Translations under genes and position numbers: made by a program
Notes under the pieces: generated by a model
Database searches by the model: none
Told to the model about the DNA's origin: nothing
Seen by the model: the letters and a program-made list of their open reading frames with translations, nothing else
Shown: piece after piece, positions 42,346 to 53,326 of the stretch
Numbering within the stretch: position 1 is the stretch's first letter
Layout of the letters: every line of letters starts with the position of its first letter
Source of the DNA: Pseudomonadota bacterium
GTDB taxonomy: Bacteria > Campylobacterota > Campylobacteria > Campylobacterales > Sulfurimonadaceae
Assembly: GCA_043797085.1 (NCBI GenBank)
Contig: JAZDQA010000005.1
Location: 128,001 to 192,000 of the forward strand
Direction of reading: 5' to 3'
DNA length: 64,000 nt

Positions 42346-44184
42346 TCAAACATGGATATTTTCTATCTGCTGTTTCCATGATTGGGCATATTTGCCATCA
42401 AGAGACATCAATGATTCATGAGTGCCGGACTCTATCACTTTTCCCTGATCCATCAGGTGGATAATATCGGCTTTCATGGCAGTAGTGAAGCGGTGTGTGA
42501 TAATGACCGCTGTTTTATTTTTGGCAAGCTCCATAAAGCGCTGAAGCCAGTCATTTTCCGCCCATGAATCCATCGCACTGGTCGGCTCATCGAGGATAAT
42601 AAAAGGGGCCTTACGGAAAAAAGCCCGTGAAAGGGCGATCCTCTGCCACTCTCCAGTACTGAGATCTTCCCCACCGAACTGTCTGCCCAATCGGGTGGCA
42701 TACCCCTGTTTCAGCCGTGATATCGGCCCATCAGATCCCCCTTGGTAGGCTGCATTATCGATCTCCTCCTGAAGAGGTACACGGCTCATATCCCCAAGGG
42801 CGATGTTTTGTGCGGCGGTCGCTTCGTATTTGACCGGTTCTTGAAAGAGGACAGTTGTGTACCGGTGCAGCATATCGGGAGAGAACTCTCTAAAATCGGA
42901 ACCGTCCAAGGTTATCTTCCCTTCTTGCGGATCGTAAAAACGGTTGAGAAGTTTGATGAGGGTACTTTTACCCGCACCGTTTGTACCCACAATCGCTACC
43001 GTTTTCCCAGCAGGGATGGTCAATGAAAAATTGCTAAGAGCCCATCGTGCTGTATGGGGATAGCGGAAGGATACATTCTCGAACCGGATTTCATCGGTTA
43101 GAAATTGGGGAGATGCAAGGGTTTGGTTGGATTCAAGAAGTTTGGGGCGGATATCGAAAAAATCAAACAAATTTTCCAAAAATGTAATATTTTTGTACAC
43201 TTCCCCGATATCGCGCAGCAGTGTTTTCATCATTTTTTGACCCTGATTGAATGCCTGATAAAACAGGACCAAGTCCCCCATTGAAGCCTTACCTTCTAAT
43301 GCCTGTATAAGCATCCACCCAACTGCCACTGCTACAACGGCAAGTCCGAGTATTACAACAAAAATCTCAGAGATCACTTCATCGCGTATTAATTTGATAT
43401 GTTCAGTGCGCAGTTTAGTTTTGAGCAGAGTGAATTGATTTTTGAAATACTCTCCTAGCTTAAAAAGGCGAATCTCGGCCGCAGTCGATTGGTGAGTGAT
43501 AATCCAATCATAGTAATTGGTTTTTCGTACTGTTGCAGTATTTTTGGTACGCCAGTGATGGAAACGGATCGTGTGGCGGATGACTAGGAGCAAAGCTGGA
43601 AATGTTCCCAGTAGCAGAAGTAACGGTAGCCACCATGCATAGGGTAACAGCAGTATCAACATTCCAAGGAGTGTAATGCCCGAACGGGTAAGATTACCGA
43701 TATTTTCCAACAGGGCTAAGGGACGACTCATCGCATCGATACGGGCACGATGGAGCTTGTCGTAATATTCGGGCGAGTCAAAAAAACTCATATCCAGCGA
43801 AAGGGCCTTGGAGTGTATTTGATCGTAAATGGAGTCACTGATGAGTTCGCTCTGAACCGTCCGTATCCATTTGGTGATCGTATTCAGAAGCTCATTGAGT
43901 ACCATCAAAAATACCATCAGCGTAATGGTAGGCATAACGGGCTGCATACTCTCCCAACTCTTGTATTCACCCATCGCCGCAGTAATGCCGTCGATCAGAG
44001 GTCCCATCAGGTAAACGATTGCTGCGGGTATGATCCCCTGCAGTATCAGCAGTACCATCCAAAAAAACGACCACCATCCCGACGCGTTCCAAATTAGTCT
44101 AGCGGTACGAGAGAGATAGGGGATCTGAGCTGAAAATTTAACTAAAGCAAGATGAAGTTTGGAGAGTGTAGACACTTGAGACAT
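42346..44184 (-). CDS. ABC exporter (TM + ATPase), lasso D protein
   Basis: GTNGAGKS, LSTGEWQR, ILDEPTSAMD. Confidence 0.92.
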   Translation of the reverse strand: MSQVSTLSKLHLALVKFSAQIPYLSRTARLIWNASGWWSFFWMVLLILQGIIPAAIVYLMGPLIDGITAAMGEYKSWESMQPVMPTITLMVFLMVLNELLNTITKWIRTVQSELISDSIYDQIHSKALSLDMSFFDSPEYYDKLHRARIDAMSRPLALLENIGNLTRSGITLLGMLILLLPYAWWLPLLLLLGTFPALLLVIRHTIRFHHWRTKNTATVRKTNYYDWIITHQSTAAEIRLFKLGEYFKNQFTLLKTKLRTEHIKLIRDEVISEIFVVILGLAVVAVAVGWMLIQALEGKASMGDLVLFYQAFNQGQKMMKTLLRDIGEVYKNITFLENLFDFFDIRPKLLESNQTLASPQFLTDEIRFENVSFRYPHTARWALSNFSLTIPAGKTVAIVGTNGAGKSTLIKLLNRFYDPQEGKITLDGSDFREFSPDMLHRYTTVLFQEPVKYEATAAQNIALGDMSRVPLQEEIDNAAYQGGSDGPISRLKQGYATRLGRQFGGEDLSTGEWQRIALSRAFFRKAPFIILDEPTSAMDSWAENDWLQRFMELAKNKTAVIITHRFTTAMKADIIHLMDQGKVIESGTHESLMSLDGKYAQSWKQQIENIHV

Positions 44185-44678
44185 TAGTGAGCCTCATTGA
44201 TCGAGGAAAATACGGAGACAACGGTAAAATTTCGGTGCCCTGAAGCTCCGCAGAGGATTTTAGAACCGTTTCGCAACCATGCATGAGCTTTTAGACCATT
44301 ACCCCCTTCTTCACGCGCTACACCCAGATAAAGATTCCATCCCAGTCCCCTGCGACGAAGCATCCGCTGCGCCGCAATCGCTTGAGGAAGGCAGACACTC
44401 TCCCATGGGGTATAACGCACGGCCCGTGCAATCGCATGTGCTATTTTGAGCGCTTTAGCATCAGACTCTGCTTCTTTCAATGGATCGTTCTTGTCGATCA
44501 ATGTTCCCAAAGTCGGGGCAATACGTTTAAAGGGGATAAACGCTACTGAAAGTCGTGCAACTCCCAGAAAGTATGCCGCTTCGAAAAAAAGGATTTTATC
44601 GGCGGCGGGAAGACGGTGCCATGCGGTGAGTTTGTGTTTTAGGACTACAAACGGATTTTTACTCATCACCATCTCCAC
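44184..44678 (-). CDS. Lasso leader peptidase (B2, transglutaminase-like)
   Basis: PWESVCLPQAIA catalytic Cys, LGV, AHAW His; likely start 44666. Confidence 0.93.
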   Translation of the reverse strand: MEMVMSKNPFVVLKHKLTAWHRLPAADKILFFEAAYFLGVARLSVAFIPFKRIAPTLGTLIDKNDPLKEAESDAKALKIAHAIARAVRYTPWESVCLPQAIAAQRMLRRRGLGWNLYLGVAREEGGNGLKAHAWLRNGSKILCGASGHRNFTVVSVFSSINEAH

Positions 44679-44916
44679 TTTTAAAGAAGAGATAGTATCA
44701 AGAATTTCCTGAGTACATCATTGCAGAAAGATTCTGTTTGGGGCTTGCGTATTAGAATTCTCAATAAAGTTTTAAATCTATGATAAAATTTTAGGAGCAA
44801 CGGGATGTTGACGCAGAATTCTGAAGAAGTATTTGGCAAACTCCAAGTGGTGTGATTAATCGAAATATCATGAATATAAAAAACGGTCTGCGTAGATGTA
44901 AAAGGGAAGAATAGCA

Positions 44917-46149
44917 ATGATAAAACACGACGAGAATTATATTCAGCAAGCATTGTTGACCTTTTTAAGAGATGATATTGCGCAAAATGCATTGCCCAAT
45001 TTGCTAATGATAGAGTGGGAAGAGCTCATTGTATTGGCAAAAAAACAGCATGTTGCTGAATATCTTTATTATCATCTAAAACAAAACCATCTTTTAGAGT
45101 TAATTCCTAATGAGCAAAAAAATATGATGGCTGAATCATTTAAGAAACGAACATTTCGAAATCTTGCACTTATGGCGGAATTTCATAGGGTTGTGAATGT
45201 ATTGCATCAACATCATATCCCCGTAATTGCTCTTAAAGGGCTGCATCTGGTAGAATCGGTTTACCCTCATATCGCGACACGATTTTTTAGGGATTTGGAT
45301 GTGCTAGTTCCGATACCTCATGGGAGAGAAGCGTATAACTGTGTTTTAAACATGGGATATAAGAGTGATAAAAAACTCACTGATTTGGATTTTTCCTTTC
45401 AATATCACAACCACTTTGATCAGCTTATCCATACAAAAAACAAAACCGTGCTGGAAATTCATGGCTATATTTCTAAAGATTTTAAAAATGATGCACTGCT
45501 ATTATGGGAAAATGCGATTGCAAGCACCAATAAAGCACACCATCATTTAACCTTGGACTTGGAAGATTTATTGATACATTTGTGTGTTCACATCAGTCAT
45601 GGAGATCTGTTTAAAATTGACTTGAGACACTATCTTGATATCTATTTAGTCCTCCAAAAATATAAAGAAGCGATCCATTGGGATAAAGTAATACAGCGGT
45701 CGCAAGACAGGGGGTGCTTTGGTGGTGTGGCTATCGTGCTTACTATCGTTGAACAACTCTTTCACATCGATATTTCGGAAACATTCACACACAATATTCA
45801 AAATAATGAGAAGGCAAAACAAACAATAAAATATGCCCTAGAATTTTTATGGATGTATGATAGATCCTCAAAAGGGTATAAGGAGTACAAAACAAAAGTA
45901 CCATTGCCGCATCACAATGGTTCTTTCTTTAAAAAAGGATTGATGAGACTTTTTCTGAATAAAGAGGAGCTTGCATTTAACTATTCCTTGGACAAAAACT
46001 CATTCAAAGTTTATTTTTATTATCCTGTCCGCTTTATAGATTTAGTACGAAAACATTCTAAAACAACACTTCAAAATCAGATTGTTCAAAAAAACAAGAG
46101 TTTTATCGAAAAAACAAAATACGTCAATAATTATCTTTTGAACGTTTAG
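44917..46149 (+). CDS. Nucleotidyltransferase family protein (NTP_transf_5)
   Basis: IALKG...YP....R...DLDVLV, LEIH, HLCVH, YLDI. Confidence 0.88.
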   Translation: MIKHDENYIQQALLTFLRDDIAQNALPNLLMIEWEELIVLAKKQHVAEYLYYHLKQNHLLELIPNEQKNMMAESFKKRTFRNLALMAEFHRVVNVLHQHHIPVIALKGLHLVESVYPHIATRFFRDLDVLVPIPHGREAYNCVLNMGYKSDKKLTDLDFSFQYHNHFDQLIHTKNKTVLEIHGYISKDFKNDALLLWENAIASTNKAHHHLTLDLEDLLIHLCVHISHGDLFKIDLRHYLDIYLVLQKYKEAIHWDKVIQRSQDRGCFGGVAIVLTIVEQLFHIDISETFTHNIQNNEKAKQTIKYALEFLWMYDRSSKGYKEYKTKVPLPHHNGSFFKKGLMRLFLNKEELAFNYSLDKNSFKVYFYYPVRFIDLVRKHSKTTLQNQIVQKNKSFIEKTKYVNNYLLNV

Positions 46150-46203
46150 ATATCAGTATTTTTATAGGTATAATGTAAACATTAATGGAAGAAGGATTTA
46201 TGT

Positions 46204-47112
46204 GTGAATGAACAACGGTTAACTCACCTTAAAACTCTCGAGGCAGAATCGATTCATATACTGCGTGAAGTGGTTGCGGAGTTTGAAAATCCGGCGATGC
46301 TCTACAGTGTTGGAAAAGACTCCTCTGTCATGCTGCATCTGGCTCAAAAAGCTTTCTACCCCGCTTCCCCTCCATTTCCCTTAGTCCACGTTGATACGAT
46401 GTGGAAATTTAAAGAGATGATTGAGTTTCGAGACAGTCGAACGAAAGAGCTGGGGATGGAATTGATTGTTTATACCAATCCAAAAGGTATTAAGATGAAT
46501 ATTAGCCCTTTTGAACACGGCTCCGCTGTACATACCGATATCATGAAAACCGAAGGGCTCAAGCAAATGCTCGATCTCTACAAATTTGATGCACTGCTCG
46601 GTGGAGCACGACGGGATGAAGAGAAAAGTCGGGCAAAGGAGCGTATCTACTCTTTTCGAGATGAATTTCACCGTTGGGATCCGAAAAATCAACGTCCGGA
46701 GTTATGGAATATTTACAATAGCCGTCACCATAAAGGTGAAAGTATCCGTGTTTTTCCTCTTTCGAACTGGACGGAGCTTGATATTTGGCAATATATTTAT
46801 CTGGAACAAATAGCGATTCCAGAACTCTATTTTGCCAAAGAACGTGACGTTGTCGAATACGGCGGAACAAAAATTATGGTAGATGATGAGCGCATGCCTG
46901 AGAGCTTGCGAAAATCGGCTAAAAAAGAGAAAGTTCGTTTTCGAACGCTTGGATGTTATCCGCTGACAGGTGCTGTAGAATCGACTGCGACAACCCTGAG
47001 TGAAATTATTCAGGAGATGCTGCTTGCCAAAACCTCTGAACGTCAAGGGCGAGTGATCGATAATGATTCTTCCGGATCGATGGAGAAAAAAAAGATCGAA
47101 GGATATTTCTGA
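46204..47112 (+). CDS. cysD: Sulfate adenylyltransferase subunit 2
   Basis: [29 protein letters not shown]. Confidence 0.96.
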   Translation: MNEQRLTHLKTLEAESIHILREVVAEFENPAMLYSVGKDSSVMLHLAQKAFYPASPPFPLVHVDTMWKFKEMIEFRDSRTKELGMELIVYTNPKGIKMNISPFEHGSAVHTDIMKTEGLKQMLDLYKFDALLGGARRDEEKSRAKERIYSFRDEFHRWDPKNQRPELWNIYNSRHHKGESIRVFPLSNWTELDIWQYIYLEQIAIPELYFAKERDVVEYGGTKIMVDDERMPESLRKSAKKEKVRFRTLGCYPLTGAVESTATTLSEIIQEMLLAKTSERQGRVIDNDSSGSMEKKKIEGYF

Positions 47113-48557
47113 TGGCTCATCAATCAGAACTGATTTCCCAAAACATCGAGCAATATCTCAAAGAGCATGAGAATAAGGAGCTGCTGCGCTTTATTACGTG
47201 CGGCAGTGTCGATGACGGAAAAAGCACCCTAATCGGGCGTCTTTTATACGACTCAAAAATGATTTTTGAAGATCAGCTTGCCGCGATTCAAAAAGAGAGT
47301 AAAAAAATGGGAACGCAAGGGGATGATATTGATCTTGCATTACTGGTTGACGGCTTGCAAAGCGAACGTGAACAGGGAATCACCATCGATGTTGCCTATC
47401 GCTATTTTTCGACTGACAAACGTAAATTTATCATTGCCGATACTCCCGGACATGAACAATACACCCGTAATATGGCAACAGGTGCTTCGACGGCAGATTT
47501 GGCAATTATTCTTATTGATGCACGCTACGGTGTACAAACACAGACCAAACGCCATACCTATATCGTCAATTTGATGGGGATTAAACATATCATTGTGGCT
47601 ATTAATAAAATGGATTTGATCGGTTTTTCAGAAGAACGTTTTGAGGAGATTCAGCAAGAATATCAAGTTTTTGCACAGGAACTTGGGATTCAAAATCCTC
47701 TATTTATTCCGATTTCGGCACTAATGGGTGATAACGTCGTTAATCCAAGCGATTTAATGCCATGGTATCAGCGAGATCCTTTAATGAAGATACTCGATAC
47801 TATCAATATCGGATATGATGCCAACCAATATCCAACCATGTTTCGATTTCCTGTGCAATACGTGAACCGTCCAAATCTTAATTTCCGTGGCTTTTCTGGA
47901 TCGATCGCTTCTGGAAGTGTCAAAGTAGGCGATGAGATTACGGTACTTCCCTCAGGAAAAACCACACGGATTAAATCAATCATACCCCCAGCCATAGCTA
48001 ATGGAACACAACAATTAATGACGATTGATGAAGCTTATGCTCCAATGGCAATCACGCTGACAACCGAAGAAGAAATTGATATCAGCCGAGGGGATATGAT
48101 CGTTCATTCCAGCCATCTTCCGAGAATTTCTAACAGTCTTAAAGTAATGATAGTTTGGATGGATGAAGAACCAATGATTCCGGAGCAAAGTTATTACATC
48201 AAAACCTCTACCTCATTAATAAACGGAAGTTTTAAGCATATTAATTACAAAGTCAATGTAAATACCTATGAAAAAGTATATGTAGAGAAATTGCAGCTGA
48301 ATGACATTGCTTCATGTAAAATGGTATTGCATCGCCCAATAGTTGCAGAACCGTACAGTCTTAACCGCTTTACGGGTAGATTTATCATCATAGACCGTAT
48401 GACTAACAATACAGTGGGAGCTGGGATGATCGTGGACGTGAGTCGCCGAGAGCATGAAAAGATTATCGAAACCAGTAGAGAATATATAAAAGAGGAAATC
48501 GAATTGAACGCTTATGTCCGTAAACATTTTCCAGAGTGGGGATGCAAAGCAATCTGA
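47112..48557 (+). CDS. cysN: Sulfate adenylyltransferase subunit 1 (GTPase)
   Basis: [19 protein letters not shown]. Confidence 0.96.
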   Translation: MAHQSELISQNIEQYLKEHENKELLRFITCGSVDDGKSTLIGRLLYDSKMIFEDQLAAIQKESKKMGTQGDDIDLALLVDGLQSEREQGITIDVAYRYFSTDKRKFIIADTPGHEQYTRNMATGASTADLAIILIDARYGVQTQTKRHTYIVNLMGIKHIIVAINKMDLIGFSEERFEEIQQEYQVFAQELGIQNPLFIPISALMGDNVVNPSDLMPWYQRDPLMKILDTINIGYDANQYPTMFRFPVQYVNRPNLNFRGFSGSIASGSVKVGDEITVLPSGKTTRIKSIIPPAIANGTQQLMTIDEAYAPMAITLTTEEEIDISRGDMIVHSSHLPRISNSLKVMIVWMDEEPMIPEQSYYIKTSTSLINGSFKHINYKVNVNTYEKVYVEKLQLNDIASCKMVLHRPIVAEPYSLNRFTGRFIIIDRMTNNTVGAGMIVDVSRREHEKIIETSREYIKEEIELNAYVRKHFPEWGCKAI

Positions 48558-49282
48558 TGTACAGAGAAACAAATATTCGTACTATCGCTAAAGGATTTAG
48601 CTGGCGCTTTTTTGCAACTGCGACAACTGTCCTTATTGTGTATCTTTTTTTTGGTCGTCTCGATCTCGCGATTGCTGCGGGTATTTTAGAAACGTTTTCA
48701 AAAGTGTTACTCTACTATGGCCATGAGAAATTATGGCAACGTGTCCGATGGGGGAAAAAGAAAATTGAGCCGTTTAATTTATGGTTTACCGGTTTGCCAC
48801 TGTCAGGTAAAACTACTATTGCTGATTTGGTATATGAAAAGCTCAAAAAATACGATATCCCTATGGAGAGAATCGATAGTAAGGATATCCGTGAACTGAT
48901 ACCAGATATCGGGTATACGCGTGAAGATCGGAACCGTCACATGCATCGTCTTGGACATCTTATAAAGACCTTGCAAAATAATTCCATTTCGACAGTGGCC
49001 TCTTTTGTATCTCCTTATCGTGAATCTCGTAAAGCAATACGTGAAATGGTCAAAAATAATGTTATTGTGTACGTCAAAGCCGATATTGAAAGCTGCAAGC
49101 AGCGAGATTATAAAGGAGTATATATTAAAGCACTCAAGGGAGAACTTCAAAATTTTTCAGGTATCAATGATGTGTATGATGAACCACAGCATGCTGAGAT
49201 TACGATAGATTCTGATGAAATGAGTGCAAATGATGCATCCGATAAAATTGTTCAATACATTAAAAAGAGATATATCAAATGA
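48557..49282 (+). CDS. DUF2061 membrane domain fused to an adenylyl-sulfate kinase-like domain
   Basis: KGFSWR...YYGHEKLW..V.WG followed by WFTGLPLSGKTT, SFVSPY, RDYKGVY; ATG overlaps the cysN stop. Confidence 0.8.
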   Translation: MYRETNIRTIAKGFSWRFFATATTVLIVYLFFGRLDLAIAAGILETFSKVLLYYGHEKLWQRVRWGKKKIEPFNLWFTGLPLSGKTTIADLVYEKLKKYDIPMERIDSKDIRELIPDIGYTREDRNRHMHRLGHLIKTLQNNSISTVASFVSPYRESRKAIREMVKNNVIVYVKADIESCKQRDYKGVYIKALKGELQNFSGINDVYDEPQHAEITIDSDEMSANDASDKIVQYIKKRYIK

Positions 49283-49878
49283 TGAGTTCACATGTAGTAT
49301 GGCATGATCACAGTGTATCCAAAGCACAACGTTCATTACAAAAAGACCAAAAACCTTGCATATTATGGTTCACAGGTCTCAGTGGTTCTGGAAAATCGAC
49401 TATAGCTAATGCATTAGATGCCAGATTTGTTGAGATGGGCAAACATACTTATTTACTCGATGGTGACAATATCCGTCATGGACTAAATTGTGATTTAGGC
49501 TTTAGTGATAATGATCGTATTGAAAATATTCGGCGCATTGGAGAGGTAAGTAAACTTTTTGTTAATGCGGGATTGATCGTGATAACTACCTTCATCTCAC
49601 CGTTTCAAGCCGACAGGAAGATGGTTCGTGAATTGGTAGACGAGAGCGAGTTCATCGAAATATTTATAGATACAACACTGGATATATGCGAATTACGAGA
49701 CACAAAAGGGCTATATAAAAGAGCGAGAGTCGGTGAGATTGTAAATTTTACCGGTATTGATTCCCCTTATGAGCCACCAAATAATCCTGAAATCCATATA
49801 AAAACAGAGGTAAGTGATATTACAGAAGCGGTTGAGAAAATTCTTGCTTATCTTGTATTAAATGGGTGGAACCTCTAA
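49279..49878 (+). CDS. cysC: Adenylyl-sulfate (APS) kinase
   Basis: WFTGLSGSGKST, LDGDNIR, FISPF, FTGIDSPYE. Confidence 0.96.
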   Translation: MMSSHVVWHDHSVSKAQRSLQKDQKPCILWFTGLSGSGKSTIANALDARFVEMGKHTYLLDGDNIRHGLNCDLGFSDNDRIENIRRIGEVSKLFVNAGLIVITTFISPFQADRKMVRELVDESEFIEIFIDTTLDICELRDTKGLYKRARVGEIVNFTGIDSPYEPPNNPEIHIKTEVSDITEAVEKILAYLVLNGWNL

Positions 49879-50067
49879 GAACCACTTTTTCCGTAGTATA
49901 AATTTCTTTGATTCACAATTCATATATCAAACTGTAGAAAGACTTTGTATATTTGGCTGCAATCATTGATTGGCACAGCAAAAAAATGTGGGGATAATAG
50001 TATTATTATTTAGAAATTATATTCTTTAATAGAAATCTTAGGGTAATATAGTTTTATTCTTAATATT

Positions 50068-51345
50068 ATGGAGAATCTTTTGAATCACGATACAACTATC
50101 AATGAAAATGCACTAAACTACCATGAATTTCCAAGTCCGGGTAAAGTCGCTACCCAAATCACCAAACCATTTGCTTCTCAAAACGACCTGAGTCTGGCTT
50201 ACACTCCCGGTGTTGCGGCTCCGTGTTTGGAAATCCAAAAAAATCCTGAGGATGCCTATCGTTATACCTCCAAAGGCAATCTTGTGGGGGTTATTTCCAA
50301 TGGCACGGCGGTATTGGGACTTGGAAATTTGGGTGCGCTTGCGTCGAAACCTGTTATGGAAGGGAAAGCCGTTTTATTTAAAAAATTCAGCGATTTGGAT
50401 GCGTATGACATCGAAGTGGATGAAACCGACATCGAGCGTTTTTGCGATGCGGTAGAGGCTATTTCTCCGACGTTTGGGGGGATAAATCTCGAAGATATTA
50501 AAGCGCCAGAGTGTTTTGAGATCGAGAGACGGTTGGTTGAACGGTTGAATATTCCTGTAATGCACGACGATCAGCACGGCACGGCAGTGATTTCGAGTGC
50601 GGCTATTATCAATGGATGTTTATTGACATCACGTGAGCTTGATAACATATGTGTGGTGGTAGTCGGTGCGGGTGCAGCAGCGATTAGTTGCGCCCGTCTG
50701 TATCGATTTATGGGGGTTCAAACTATCTTTATGAGTGATTCAAAAGGGCTTATTCATGCAGGACGAAGTGATTTGAACGAACAAAAAAGAGAATTTTTGG
50801 CACCTGTTGGGATGACGCTTGACGATGCATTTATCGGGGCAGATGTCGTGGTAGGGTTATCTAAACCGGGGAGTTTTACCATAGAACATATTATGACAAT
50901 GGCACCTGAACCTATCATTTTCACCCTAGCCAATCCTACTCCTGAAATCTTTCCAGAAGATACGAAAGCAGCTCGACCCGATGCGATTATCGCCACGGGT
51001 CGAAGTGATTTCCCCAACCAAGTGAACAACGTTCTCGGTTTTCCTTTTATTTTTCGTGGAGCGATGGACGTACGGGCACGTATAATTAATACCGAGATGA
51101 AAATGGCGGCGTCTCACGCACTCGCACAACTGGCTCGTGCTGAGATTCCAGAATACCTAAACGAAATTTATGGAATGAAGCTGACATTTGGAAAAGAGTA
51201 CATCATTCCCAAACCTTTCGATAAACGCCTGATCGTCGAAGTCTCCGCCAGTGTCGCACAGGCTGCTGTGCAAAGCGGTGTGGCACAAATCGCATCGTTT
51301 GATTTAGAAGAGTATAAGCGTGAGTTAGCTACACGTTTGAGCTAA
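50068..51345 (+). CDS. NAD(P)-dependent malic enzyme (no PTA domain)
   Basis: AYTPGVA, NLEDI, HDDQHGTA, GAGAA, NQVNN. Confidence 0.93.
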   Translation: MENLLNHDTTINENALNYHEFPSPGKVATQITKPFASQNDLSLAYTPGVAAPCLEIQKNPEDAYRYTSKGNLVGVISNGTAVLGLGNLGALASKPVMEGKAVLFKKFSDLDAYDIEVDETDIERFCDAVEAISPTFGGINLEDIKAPECFEIERRLVERLNIPVMHDDQHGTAVISSAAIINGCLLTSRELDNICVVVVGAGAAAISCARLYRFMGVQTIFMSDSKGLIHAGRSDLNEQKREFLAPVGMTLDDAFIGADVVVGLSKPGSFTIEHIMTMAPEPIIFTLANPTPEIFPEDTKAARPDAIIATGRSDFPNQVNNVLGFPFIFRGAMDVRARIINTEMKMAASHALAQLARAEIPEYLNEIYGMKLTFGKEYIIPKPFDKRLIVEVSASVAQAAVQSGVAQIASFDLEEYKRELATRLS

Positions 51346-51460
51346 AAACTCGCTATAATGCGGCTATCAAAACGGAAAATTCCGTAAGCCGCTAAATATC
51401 TGCACTATTTAATAACCTTGCATTGTTTGTCTGCTTGAACCACCCAAAGGAAACTTATCA

Positions 51461-52792
51461 ATGTTATTTTCAGACTTAAAACTATCCGCACCGATTTTAA
51501 AAGCGGTCGCTGAAGAGGGTTATACAACCCCCACTCCCGTACAAGCGCAAGCTATTCCGTTTATTTTAGAAGGGCGTGATATGCTCGCAGGTGCCCAAAC
51601 GGGTACGGGTAAAACGGCAGGATTTACGTTGCCGATGTTAGAGATTCTCTCTCGCAAAGTACACAACCCAAAAGCACCACGACACGTGCGTGTTCTTATT
51701 TTAACTCCGACACGTGAGCTTGCAGCTCAAGTGGGTGAGAGTGTTAAAACCTACGGAAAGCACCTTAAATTTAAAAGTGCGATCATTTTCGGTGGTGTTG
51801 GTATGCAGCCTCAAGTTTCAGCATTGCGTCAAGGTGTTGATATCGTGATTGCAACTCCAGGACGTCTTCTTGATCACATGTCACAGGGAACCGTTGATTT
51901 GCGCAATGTAGAGATGTTGATTCTCGATGAAGCCGACCGTATGCTGGATATGGGATTTATTAAAGACATTCGCCGTGTTATTTCAATACTGCCACAAAAA
52001 CGACAAAATCTTCTTTTCTCAGCGACCTATTCGGATGAGATCAAGACATTATGTGAGTCGATTTTGCGCAATCCTGCTATCGTGGAAGTAGCGCGTCGCA
52101 ATACTTCAAGCGAACTGGTAACACAACGCGTTATCTTGGTAGACTGTGCCAAGAAAAGTGCTTTATTCGGTCATTTGGTCAAAGAAAATAACTGGGAACA
52201 AGTTCTCGTATTTACCCGCACCAAACACCAAGCCAATAAACTCTCCGATTATCTCCAAAAAATCGGTGTTTCTTCAGCGGCGATTCATGGTAATAAAAGC
52301 CAAGCGGCACGTACCAAAGCGTTGAGTGATTTTAAAGCGGGTGTAGTCAAGATCCTTGTAGCAACAGACATTGCAGCACGTGGTTTGGATATCGATCAGC
52401 TTCCTCATGTTGTCAATCTCGAATTGCCAAACATTGCGGAAGATTACGTTCACCGTATCGGCCGTACCGGACGTGCGGGTAATGAGGGTGAAGCAATCTC
52501 TCTCGTGTGTGTGGATGAATATGATTACCTAAAGGGAATCGAACGTCTTATTAACCGTAAATTGGATCGTGATATTATCGCTGGTTTTGAGCCTGATCCC
52601 TCTATCATGGCAATGCCAATCGTCCAAGGACGTGGCGGCGGAGGCGGTCGTGGAAACAGCGGCGGAGGTCATTCTCCAAGCGGTAAACCTCAAGGGCAAA
52701 AGCGTGATAGCGCTAGACGCAGTGAGCCAAATCGCGGTGAAGGCCGCAGCAACAGCCAACGACGTGAAGACAGCCGAGGACGCGGTAGATAA
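51461..52792 (+). CDS. rhlE: DEAD-box RNA helicase RhlE
   Basis: [31 protein letters not shown]-rich tail. Confidence 0.9.
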   Translation: MLFSDLKLSAPILKAVAEEGYTTPTPVQAQAIPFILEGRDMLAGAQTGTGKTAGFTLPMLEILSRKVHNPKAPRHVRVLILTPTRELAAQVGESVKTYGKHLKFKSAIIFGGVGMQPQVSALRQGVDIVIATPGRLLDHMSQGTVDLRNVEMLILDEADRMLDMGFIKDIRRVISILPQKRQNLLFSATYSDEIKTLCESILRNPAIVEVARRNTSSELVTQRVILVDCAKKSALFGHLVKENNWEQVLVFTRTKHQANKLSDYLQKIGVSSAAIHGNKSQAARTKALSDFKAGVVKILVATDIAARGLDIDQLPHVVNLELPNIAEDYVHRIGRTGRAGNEGEAISLVCVDEYDYLKGIERLINRKLDRDIIAGFEPDPSIMAMPIVQGRGGGGGRGNSGGGHSPSGKPQGQKRDSARRSEPNRGEGRSNSQRREDSRGRGR

Positions 52793-52798
52793 TTTTTT

Positions 52799-53254
52799 AT
52801 GAAAATACTCGTCGATGCCGATGCGTTCCCCAATGCACTCAAAGAGGTACTGCTTCGCGCGGTACTAAAGCGTCAAATTCCCACCCTTTTCATCGCCAAT
52901 AAAAACATCTCCATCCCTAATGTCCCATATGTCTCCATGCACGTTGTTCCCCAAGGACCCGATGAAGCCGATCACCGTATCGCACAGCTTTGTGAGCCGC
53001 AGGATTTGGTGATTACCGCTGATATTCCACTGGCAGATCGTATCGTCACGATTGGAGCAATAGCGCTCGATCCGCGCGGAACGATTTACGATGAGAACAA
53101 CATCAAACACCTTCTCGCAATGCGTAATCTGATGGAAGAGTTACGAAATTCCGGTGAAATCACGGGCGGTCCATCAGCAATAGGGGCTAAAACAGTGCGT
53201 GAGTTTGCTGATGGACTTAATAAGCTGTTATCTCGAAAAGCTTGTTTTTCGTAG
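52799..53254 (+). CDS. YaiI/YqxD family protein
   Basis: VDADA, DEAD..I, VITADIPLA. Confidence 0.9.
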   Translation: MKILVDADAFPNALKEVLLRAVLKRQIPTLFIANKNISIPNVPYVSMHVVPQGPDEADHRIAQLCEPQDLVITADIPLADRIVTIGAIALDPRGTIYDENNIKHLLAMRNLMEELRNSGEITGGPSAIGAKTVREFADGLNKLLSRKACFS

Positions 53255-53259
53255 CTTTA

Positions 53260-53316
53260 GGGGGTTGCAAGGGACAATCTGTCCATGCCGCCAAATGGGC
53301 TTTGCTCATTTGGTGC
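53260..53316. repeat. REP-like double hairpin
   Basis: GCAAGGGACA-ATC-TGTCCATGC and GCCAAATGGGC-TTT-GCTCATTTGGT. Confidence 0.55.
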
Positions 53317-53326
53317 GTAATATCAA

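Noticed and set aside
44681..44992. 103-aa minus-strand ORF between B2 and the NTase
   Set aside because: Overlaps the NTase start and the divergent promoter region and has no recognisable motif; likely spurious.
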